Assembly (NCBI GenBank): GCA_964016885.1
Contig: OZ024740.1
Coordinates: 149,668,001 to 149,732,000, forward strand
Reading direction: 5' to 3'
DNA: 64,000 nt
Source: Eledone cirrhosa
Lineage: Eukaryota
Below the pieces are notes generated by a model, which did not search any database, was not told where the DNA came from, and was given only the letters and a program-made list of their open reading frames with translations. The position numbers and the translations under genes are program-made. Below, piece after piece: positions 53,581 through 64,000 of this stretch (its first letter is position 1; each line of letters opens with the position of its first letter).

Positions 53581-56204
53581 TAGTATATACTCGCGTATAG
53601 GTCGCAATTTTAACGATAAATAAGTATAAATTTTTGGGGTGCGACCTATCCGATCGACATCAGACTGACCAATGATTTTTCATAGACTTAATCAACGATG
53701 GGTATTTATAAAAATAACTTTGTTAATATTTTTTATTATTTAACATAATTTCATATATCTACCTTCTTATACATATATTTCTTGATTTTAAATTTTTTAC
53801 TAAAACGTCGTAGTGTTTACGTTTTTTTCTATCTGACCACCGAACCATCCGTCATTAAAATCCATACCCGGTATTTAAAATGTGATTTTATTGTATTAGC
53901 ATTGCTATGAACACGTATTGTGACGTATTTACTTTAACAGGAAACAGATTATTGCATGTGGCGTTTCTTTTCAAATTAGCAAGTGAGAAAAGTTGGTAGT
54001 TAAAATTTTTTTTATAATTCACTGAGAAATATGAATTCCGGTAAGAGAAAAAGTTATCAAACAGTTAAAGGTGGTTGGTTATGCAGAAGAATTTGGAAAT
54101 AGATCAGCAGAAAGGGAGTTTGGAGTGTCAGTGAGAGGTTGGGGGAAACAAAAAGACAAGCTGGGAGAAATGCCTAAATCAAAGAGAGCAGCAAGGTTTG
54201 GAGTATCACCATATCAAGATCTTGAAAGAGAGCTAAATGATTGGGTTTTAGATATCAGGGAAAATATACACATTGTTACAAGACTTTCTATAAGTACCAC
54301 TTATCCCAATTTAAATCGTCAGCAGGGTGGTGCACCAGGTTTATGAATAGGTTTGGACTGACTCTTCGCCAAAAGACACATATTGCACAAAAGCTGCCAA
54401 AAGATATTGATGACAAAGTACACAATTTTGTAAAATTTGTGTTAAAGGAAAGAAAAATATTTGATTTTGCCATGGAGACTATAGCCAACATGGATGAAAC
54501 ATCCATGTACTTTGATATGCCAGGCAACACAACTGTGGATAGTGTAGGTAAGAAAACTGTTACAGTCAAAACCACAGGTCATGAAAAACAACATGTTACT
54601 GTTGTTCTAGCATGCCAGGCTGATAGAAAAAAACTTTGCCCTATGGTTATTTTCAAAAGGAAAATTATGCCAAAAGAGAATATTCCAAGCGATGTGATTG
54701 TGAAGGTACACCCGAAGGGCCAGATGGATGAGAACTTAAAGTTATGGCTTGATGAAGTGTAGATGAAAAGGCCAGGGGCATTACTGAAGCCATGAAGTTT
54801 GCTAGTTTTGGATATGTTTCGATCTCACTGCTATGAGTCTGTAAAGGCTAAGCTGAAGGATTGTAAAAGACAAGCATCGATTCCTGGTGGTTGCACCTCA
54901 GTCTTATAACCCCTTGATGTGGCAGTAAATAAGCCCTTCAAGACTTATATCCGTAAACTTTGCACTTCTTGGATGATATCAGGTGAAAAAGAAATTACCA
55001 AAGTTGGATCATTGAAAAGACCTGGCTTAAGATTAGTGGTGGAGTGGGTGAAGGAGGCTTGGGAAAGTATCCCTGAAGAGCTAATAATGAAGGCTTTCAA
55101 AAAATGTGGCATATCAAATGTGATGGACGGGACTGAAGATGATGTGTTATATGAGGATTTAGTTGGTGAAAAGACAGAAAATGCAGAGAGTGATGAGGGA
55201 GATGATATTGAAGAATGTGAAGATGAATTGAATGACTATTATAACGAATGCACAGTTACAGATGAAAAAATGAAAAAAACTATTAATTAACAGGTGTTAA
55301 AAGTAATAACTTTATGGATAAACACAAAAATTTAAACTTTATCTGCCTTACCTGTTAGATTTGTTGCAAAAACATTCAATAATGACCTAGATGTTGACTT
55401 CGATCAATTCTAGCAGTTTTCCGAACAGGTGAATTAATTAAAAATGCAGATATAATCAGTACAAGGTTTTAGTCTTTCTCTACATTCCAGGCAAATATTT
55501 TCATTTAAAAAAATGTATAAAACCTTTTCACCAGTCAAAATAATATTTGCAATGTACGGTGTAAATTTACGTAACAGAATGTTTCCAATATATAAGTTCA
55601 TTAACAGGTGTGAACATGTATTGGTGTTGTATCTTTCAACCACGTTGCTGTAATATTTTCAATGGTGTCAGTCAGATCTTTGCTTTCACTTTCAAAGTAA
55701 CTATCATCATCAGAAATAAATACGTCTGATTCATTTGAAGATAAATCACTAATATTATCTTGTGTTTCTTTTTCATTTCGAATGTCGTCGCATGTAAAAC
55801 CTTCAAAGTCGGTATACGCTACTTTGGGAAGCCATGTTGATACGCAAAAATCTGTTATACTTTCAACGTTAAAAAACACGTGTTATTTCAAGTTGTTTCA
55901 CTATATTAAGAGTTAATTTTTGCGCTTAAAGGATTTATCTCGTAGTAATCTCGAATTGAAGAGATTTTGATGACGTTGATGTTTATTTTATAAATAAAAC
56001 ATAGTTTGGAGTATATATCGCAACGGCGAAGTAATGGAAAGCTAACAGATTATTAGTTTCAATTTTTATCATAAAAAATAGTACTTCGACGGCCCAAATT
56101 TCAGTGCGACCTATCTGCGAGTCAATGGCAAATAGTCTATTTGTTAAATGAAAAGTGCGTATGCAACCTATCTGCCGGGGCGACCTATATGCGAGTATAT
56201 ACGG
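53581..56204 (+). mobile_element. pogo-superfamily DNA transposon with decayed transposase (~54030-55290)
   Basis: TIRs GTATATACTCGCGTATAGGTCGC / GCGACCTATATGCGAGTATATACGG-TA; internal GCGACCTAT repeats; FKSSAGWCTRFMNR, NMDETSMYF, VLDMFRSH, PGGCTSVL*PLDVAVNKPFK. Confidence 0.92.
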
Positions 56205-56776
56205 TACATTTATGATGTTTAATTTTTCAACTACGTTTTAGTTTTTGGTTTTGTCGTCGACTCTAACCTAACAGATGTATTATCAAAGGCAGTCTAGTCA
56301 CTGACATCCCATCTTTTCTGATATTGTTTGTCTTAGACTACTATATCCAAAGTCATCATTTTTTTCAAGATGGCTGGATGTGATTTGAGAAAGATTTGGC
56401 TACTATTTCTAACATGTCAAACAACTACATAGTGACTCCATCATTGGCTCAAAGTATTTCTGGTTAAGAATATATTGAGTTGCAATTTATTCAGGTCTAC
56501 ACATTCTGCAAATGTTTCAGTTCTTCATTATAATTGTTTCTAGGCCAATAGGTTGAAGGGAAGGGGAAGTTAATCTAATCAACCCCAGTGCATTACTCCT
56601 ACTTTATTTTATCAATACCATAATGATGAAAGGCAAAAATGGAATTTGAGTTGAGAATGTAAAGGACTGTAACTACATGCAACATAGCATATTGTTTGAT
56701 GCTCTATCAATACTGCCAATTCACCATCCTTCAGTTCTACATAATAATAATTATAATAATACTTATTGTATTTCAG

Positions 56777-56949
56777 CTGAAAGTAAAGTTCTAATATGTG
56801 ACAATGTCAGTAAAATGGAAAAGTTGTTCAGTGTGAATGATACACTCCTTGCCCTGAAAATTATAATCCTTGTAGATCACCCTGGAGATGATTTTACAAG
56901 TGTTGAAAATGAGAGAAATGTGAAAATTGTTTCACTAGATGAAGTCAAA
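56777..56949 (+). CDS. ACSL: ACSL exon (TESKVLICDNVSKMEK...VKIVSLDEVK)
   Basis: cag/gtaagt; phase 1 to 0. Confidence 0.9.
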
Positions 56950-57199
56950 GTAAGTAAAATATTATTTCCATATTATTTTGTATTTTCATATTGTGTCTAA
57001 TTACATTTTTACCCATCTAAACAGTAGGATTAGGGTGAGGGTCTTGCCAGAAGTATAGGCTTAGTGACATCATTACCCCCTTGCCAGAAGTATGGAGCCA
57101 AGTGACATCACATGAGTGGAAGGACTTGTAGTGTGGCCATCTTTCGTTCCTGATTATTGCTGGTGGCAGATGTGTCTGTGGTTTGAGCTCGAGTATATG

Positions 57200-58110
57200 T
57201 CCTTGGTCTTCTGATCTGAGGCTGGGTAGGTAGGGAACCTGTGGATATATCACACTGGACAAGATCAAAGATAGGAGAGGATCTGTGAGGTAGGTGACAT
57301 TATGTTTGTGCCCTTGGAGAAGAATAAGAGTGAAGAAAGTGTGGTTGAAAGTGCCAAAGGATTTGGAACAGGAAGTAGCTGCAGTGTGTTGGCTGAGCAA
57401 CCTGTTGCTAAGGAGAATGGCTACCATGCATCATATTGGAGTGGATAGGACTCTGTTCCTATCTAGGCAAATTGACTCTGGCATCACCAGATAGATCATC
57501 CAGAAAGTGGATAGGGGCTGTGACAAGTGTCTGTCCAGCAACTCCACTTAAGGTGTGCACAAGGAGGAAAACATTTCAGTAGAACACAACTGGAAAAGAT
57601 TGACAGTGGACTTGATGTACTACCAGCAGGGAATATATCTTTCGATGGTCGACTGCAGACTGAGGCAGAGGGAAATAAAGATGGAGACTGCAGATGAAAT
57701 TGCACAAATGCTGAACGAGATATTCCTGGAGCAGGGCCCTGTGGATGAGCTGCTGATGAACAATGGCACAACATTTCATTCAGAGTTGCTGAAAGAGATG
57801 CTTGATAATTGGAATATGAATTCCTATTTCAGAGTGGCGTATAGGCCAAGTGAAAATGGGATTGTGGAGAGACACCATCGCATGATGAAAGCTATGGTGG
57901 AGAGGGAACATATCTTCCTAATTGAGGCCATGCTTTGGTACAATATATCACTTTGATCAGGACAGGCTAAGGAGTTGGTACCACATAAAGCAATATTCAG
58001 GTATGAATGGTGATATTTGTGTAACGTATCATATCGATTTTTGGAAGGGAAAGGGCCTGCATCCGTGCAAGTTGCGGATGAGATCTGGGTCAAGCCACCA
58101 AATACACACT
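57200..58110 (+). mobile_element. Gypsy-type integrase remnant
   Basis: HHIGVDRT..., C..C, WKRLTVD, MNNGTTF, AYRPSENGIVERHHR, WYN. Confidence 0.8.
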
Positions 58111-58489
58111 GCTATGTTCTAGATTTTCTGATGAAGTAGGGCTCTCATGGATATATCTTAATGGACAAGTTCAATGATCAGAGAGATCCTGCAATGTAGG
58201 TGAGGTTATGTTTTTCCCTTTTGACATAAACCTCACCAGCCAAGATACCCTAAAGTAAACTCACTTTATTTTTAATCTTTATAATTCTAAATCTGTACAA
58301 AAAAGATAATTATCACTGCCACATATATTTGGTGACAGTTCACTTATCTTAGCTGACCTGGATCTAAAATAAGAACATTCCTAAATTGTTTCTCTACTAA
58401 ATACTGTGTGCTAATTATTACAAGAAAAAATTAAAATGTCTTTAAACTTCTTCTCCCTGTCTACCTGCCTACCTATCTATGTATCTCTC

Positions 58490-58553
58490 TCACTCTCTCT
58501 CTCTCTCTCTCTCTCACTCACTCACTCACTCACTCACTCACTCACTCACTCAC

Positions 58554-58628
<75 letters not shown>
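58490..58628. repeat. (CT)n-(CACT)n microsatellite
   Basis: Direct reading. Confidence 0.97.
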
Positions 58629-58632
<4 letters not shown>

Positions 58633-59175
58633 AAATATATATATATATAAGGAATGTAATGTGCTATTACTGTAGGTTCATCCAAGTGAGCACTCAATGC
58701 GTAGATTCAGGCATGTACCATGAACAGACCTAAACGTAACCACCTGAAAAATAACACATCATAATAACTACCACTATTATTAATATCCCATCAATCTTAG
58801 CAACGTCCCCATTACCAGTGTTACATTCAGTACCACTGTTATTCTAGTTAATATTATTCTTGTTAACACCATATTGCATCCTTTATCATGTCCCCTACCA
58901 CTAAACATATCACCATGTATTCACCACTCCCACCCATACCAACACATACCACACACCCGTGGGGCACACACAAACCACCAGCATCCCACACATTACTGCA
59001 ATAGACTTCATCGCTTCCATTTCTATCACCAATTTCACCACTGTTATTTAACATTACATGTTTTTTACAGCACACTTTTACCTTTATATCCTTAGAGAAA
59101 ATTCTTTTACCTCCATATATTCCCATATGATAGCTGTTTAGGCCCACTGCTAGGACAGATACATCCACGGGTGTT

Positions 59176-59237
<62 letters not shown>

Positions 59238-59240
<3 letters not shown>

Positions 59241-59520
59241 CTATATAAATGGCAATTTCTGTCTGTCTGTGTATCTGTGTATTTGTCTATAATCTGTTGG
59301 CATCTACACCAGTAATCCGATCCTGATAAAACTTTACACACATGTTAAGCTAATATTCAGAAATAAGACTGGCTAATTGGATTTCAATAATGGTACCCCT
59401 GGGGACATCTTTATAATGGAGGCGGAAAGAGATGTTTCAGTGAGAGAGAGGCAAGAGAAGATACTACTACTCTATGTTAAACCTTCCCTCCAACTACTCC
59501 CCTTCCTCCTCCCATAACTC
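59238..59520 (+). repeat. Helitron-like 5' fragment; inverted relative at ~61060-61332
   Basis: CTATATAAATGGCAATTTCTGTCTG... shared in opposite orientation. Confidence 0.7.
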
Positions 59521-59597
59521 AGTCCTCCAGAACGAGGCAACAACTTATTAGAAATATACATAAAGAAATTTCAAACAAAGCAGACTGAACAGATGTC

Positions 59598-59634
<37 letters not shown>

Positions 59635-61643
59635 TATCCACTGATATGGATTCTGAACACATGCACACGCTTAGGTCACATTAAGGTCAACTGCAGGAAT
59701 CGGGGATAAATTACAAAAAAGTGTGATGATCAATGACCTGGAAGTTGGCTTACCATGAGATTAGTCTGAAGAATAAAACCCAAATCATATGTTGACGAAT
59801 ATTTGAACTCCTGGCATGTTAATTGTAACATGCCATCTTTGAGAGTAGAGTTTATTTTGTCGATATTTCGAGGTGTCGGATCAGGGGAAGATTAACACGA
59901 ACTAAGATGTAACTGCTTCCTCATTATTGACACTTTGCAACAGCGAACGTTACAAGGCCCTCTTTAGGGCCAACACTTCTGATTGTTTATCGGATTTATT
60001 ATGGTGTGTTTTCTCGGGTTATGTCTACTATCTTATATTGTTTTAATCCAAATGAAAATAAAAATTACATGTTGACACTCCCGGGGTCTAATACTATTAA
60101 CCTTGTAAAATTTGATTTGATTTGGTCCAGCCATTAGAGAATACATAGGAACAGACAGACAGGCAGACAAAGAATTTTATATAGAGAGAGATATACACTA
60201 TAGGAAAAGTTTGTGTGTACGTATGTGTGCATGTATGTATGTATATGTGTATGTTTACACACATACATACATACATGCACACATGTATGTATATTGTTAT
60301 GGCCCTTTACGATCTGAGTTCAAATCCAGTTGAGGTTAGCTTTACCTTTCATCCTTACGGGGTTGATAAAATAAAGTACCAGTAATGAACTGGGGTCGAC
60401 TTAATCAACTTTCCCCTCCCCTGAAATTGTTGACCTGGGAAAGGTGGAGTTATTCGCAGTTCCCAGAGTGCGCCTGAAAATGCTAGCGACCCTGGATGCC
60501 CATACTGGATTTTCAATAGCAACATTTGCTAGGTGTGTTTATGACTGATCAATTTTTTGTGTGGAACTATCAATAGCTGTTTAAGTCATAAGTCCTTCTT
60601 CCATCCAGCTTTCTTCATTCAGAGTGAATAAGCCAGGGAAGTTTGAGCTCGAAGAGTATCAAACTTATTCAACAGACTTATGTATAAGAATAACAAACTT
60701 ATTGCCTTAGCACTCAAGAACAAACAACAATCGAGGAAGTCATCGAAATTATTGAAGAAATTATAACCGAGTGAATATATTCAGGTACTGTTCAAGCACC
60801 CTGTATATAACCATTTGTAAAGCTCTTTGAATGACTGAACCAATTCAATAAAACCATCCCGTTTTCCCCTATAGTAGACATCTGAACTACCCTAAATCGT
60901 CACCCTGTGTCCTTTTTGCGTAATATAAGTAAGTTGGGGGATAGGAAAATCGAAAGATTTTAAATGTTAGTTTCGTAGTTAACTACAAAAACGGTGCAAA
61001 GTGACGATTCAGTGCACTTCAGAAGCTTGACAGTAGTAGTTAACCAAGGAGGGGTTGCCTCATTGTGGGAGGAGGAAGGGGAGTAGTGGGAGGGAGGGTT
61101 TAACATAGAGTATTAGTATCTTCTCTTGCCCCTCTCTCACTGAAATGTCTCTTTCCTCCTCCATTGTAAAGATGTCCCCAGGGGTTCCATTATTGATTTT
61201 TATTGAAATCCAATTAGCCAGTCCTGTTTCTGAATATTAGCTTAACATGTGTGTAAGGTTTCATAAGGATCGGATCACTGGTTTAGGCACTAACTGGTTA
61301 CACACAGACAGAAATTGCCATTTATATAGTAGATATATATATATATCCATCCAAGCATGGAAAAACAGACAGAAAAATGGTGGTGATGATGATGATATGT
61401 ATATAAAAATGTGCACTCAAATATTTAGTTCATTTCACAACTGAAATTGATGGTTTTTGCATGACTGACAGTTGTATTAATACAGAGAGTATCAAACAAA
61501 ACTAACCACTCTATATTTAGTATTTAGGTCGATGTCTTATTGTTCTATATTTTTGGTTTTTTATTCTTAAAAATTCTGTTTTTCCTTTTGTTTCTATATT
61601 AGCCTCGCAATTTTATATAGGAACCATTGTTCAGTTATATATA

Positions 61644-62285
61644 CTAGCAGAAAAACCACCCTTCGGGTGGTTTTCTGCTAGCATGTGTAGTGTGTATATT
61701 GATATTATACGCAAGTATATATGCATGTATATATGATACATCAAATAAAACCGTAATTGACAATATATAATACATAGAAATTGAACCAAGACTGTAATCA
61801 GTAACGTAATCCATGATACATTAAAAAAAGACGATATTATATATCTGCTAGCATGTGTATATTGATATTATACGCATGTATATATGCATGTAGATATGAT
61901 CAAATAAAATCGTAATTGACAATATCCACAGAAATTGATGAGAGACTATGTTACACTCTCTTATGTAATCAGTAACGTAATCCATGATACATTAAAAAAG
62001 ATGATATTATATATAAACTGCATTAGGAGAAAATATATGACAGAAATATATGAATATTTATTTAAACGATCGCTAACCGGAAGTGTTGACATTTGAAAAT
62101 TTTAAAGACGTGAATCTTTAAATAAGTAATAAAATATATTTAATGAACAGTCATGAAATTTAGTAGATAAATTATGTAATATTCATTCATTATTTATTCA
62201 AAGTAATCCAACTTATTTTACTAATGGAATAAAAAAATTATAAACCGTACGCAGTTCCGCGCTTCTTATTTTATTATAGTCTAGA
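61644..62285 (-). mobile_element. Helitron-like element with internal tandem duplication
   Basis: Homologous to 50387-50871; segment CTGCTAGCATGTGT...GATATTATATAT is repeated (~61675-61845 and ~61845-62015). Confidence 0.75.
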
Positions 62286-62287
62286 TA

Positions 62288-63330
62288 CTAGGGGGTGCTG
62301 AAAAGTTCATGGCTTTGGGTAAAAGAAATTACAGGAAAATCAGCTTGCTCAATTGCACCTCTCAAAGGCAATGTCACTGAAACTGCCTTCCAATGAGTAC
62401 AGGCTGAAACATACATATACTATTCACCTTCACCCCCTCTCATACACCTCCCATGAGCACAGGTGGAAGCATATATCTGGTATGCACCACCTTCACCTTC
62501 ATCCCCCATCCACACACCTCCAACGTCCTAACACTCTACTCCTCTCGCACACACGCCAATATACCCACCTCTCTGATCGCCACATACCCTTCCTTTAAAG
62601 CTGTCAGCCCATATTCTAAAGTGGTCGTGATGGCGAAATGACAAAAAGTGCCCAGCCAACACTGTAAGGTGGTCGTGTAAGTGTCACAACAAAAAGCACT
62701 CAACACATTGTAAAGTGGTTGTGTAGGTGTCACGACAAAAAGCAAAAGCACCCGGTACTCACTGTAAATGTGATTGGCGTTAGGAAGGGTATCCAGCCGT
62801 AGAAATAAAGCCAAAATCAGTTCTGTATGAGCAAGACATGGTCATCTGATCTCGACTTGCCTCAAATAGAATAACCCATCTAACCCTTGCTAGCATGGAA
62901 AATGGACGTTAAACGGTGATGATGATATTCTCCTCTCAGATTCACACACTTATTGCAGCGGTCCTTCAGTTTTTCTAAGCCCTGTAAAACGAACTCGAGT
63001 TTTGCCTCCAATCAGGCCTCTGTAGCAGTGAAAACTTCTAAACTGGAGTGAAATTTTATTCCCTTGAGATGTTTCTTCAGTTGTAGAAAGACGTGATAGT
63101 CGGAGGAGGCTAAGTCAGTAGAGTAAGGTGGGTGGTCTACCAATTCTAAAACTAAGTCCTGTATTTCCTGTAGAATTTCATGTGCTGTGTATACTGGTGC
63201 ATTGTCTGGCAAAAAACAGGACACCACGACTCAGCTTTCAACAGCATTACTGCTTCAAACCTTCATGCAGTTCATCTAACAGAGACATGTAGTATTCTGT
63301 GTTGATGGTGCAAACGTTTAGCAGGTATTT
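62288..63330 (-). mobile_element. mariner remnant interrupted by other repeats
   Basis: TIR-like GGGGGTGCTGAAAAGTTCATGGCTT; DNAPVY...HPPYSTDLASSDYHVF. Confidence 0.8.
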
Positions 63331-63405
63331 TATGGTGATACATGCATATACAATTCTGTAACTTCAACATTAATGTGTCGTTAATTCAATTCTCATTATT
63401 TTCAG

Positions 63406-63438
63406 GAAATGGGTAAAAAGAATTTAAGAGACGCTGTT
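63406..63438 (+). CDS. ACSL: ACSL 33-nt exon (EMGKKNLRDAV); gene continues beyond the window
   Basis: cag/gtaagt; phase 0 to 0; matches the short exon preceding the AMP-binding motif in ACSL genes. Confidence 0.8.
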
Positions 63439-64000
63439 GTAAGTATTCTATTTAATAACTTTTTTTTTTTCATTTTGATAACTTTATTGTTAACCTGGTT
63501 TGAAATTCCTTAATTCAGATTGTCCTCATTTAATTTCAATAATATTGATATTTTTCAATTGAATTTTATATCCTATTTCTATCAGATGAACAGAGAAGAA
63601 AGGTCAGTACTCATGACCTTTGCGAGCTCTTCTAGACTGATTGATGAGGTTGATCTTCAGTTAAAACATCTGTAGTTCAGTAGCTTTAGTAAACATATGT
63701 GCAAAGAAATAATTCCAGATCATTTCAGTTCGGGTGCAGAAATGTTTAGTACATATTAAAAGAAATGAAGACAAGTGCTCTGGTTTATATGAGCAGAGAG
63801 TGCTCTGGTATCACCTCAGTCTGCTAATAGTCGAAGCCTGTGATTTAATCTTCATCTTCTCTTAAAATTGGTCTAGATTGTTAGTACTACTGCTGTTGCT
63901 GTTGTTGTTGTCATTGTTGCTGTTGTTGTTGTTAGCTCCAGGTCAGCCCTGATTGAGCTTTTGGAAGTATTCTCTTTCTTTTTTTTAATTGGGGGCAGAG

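Noticed and set aside
55601-55879. Acidic minus-strand ORF inside the pogo element
   Set aside because: Short, low-complexity, no recognisable domain.

Overview
AT-rich eukaryotic DNA, most likely an octopus/cephalopod genome (inferred from the SINE families and the (TA)n load). Most of the supplied ORFs are (TA)n artefacts. Host gene: six phase-consistent exons of a long-chain acyl-CoA synthetase (ACSL1/5/6-like, + strand, 39174 to beyond 63438). Retroelements: a near full-length Naiad-type Penelope-like element (PLE), a second PLE, a decayed third, a full-length L1/Tx1 LINE with a 19-bp target-site duplication (TSD), a CRE-type LINE 3' half, RTE and Gypsy fragments, and many SINEs. DNA elements: a full-length maT transposon, a pogo element, a mariner remnant, non-autonomous Helitrons and MITEs. 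The most striking unannotated signal is about ten minimal type I hammerhead-ribozyme motifs from several unrelated families. Many lie in short non-coding fold-back (palindromic) cassettes embedded in (TA)n tracts, and some of these fold back at the ribozyme stem II. This suggests a population of tiny non-autonomous, ribozyme-bearing PLE derivatives. All calls were made by eye; no searches were run.
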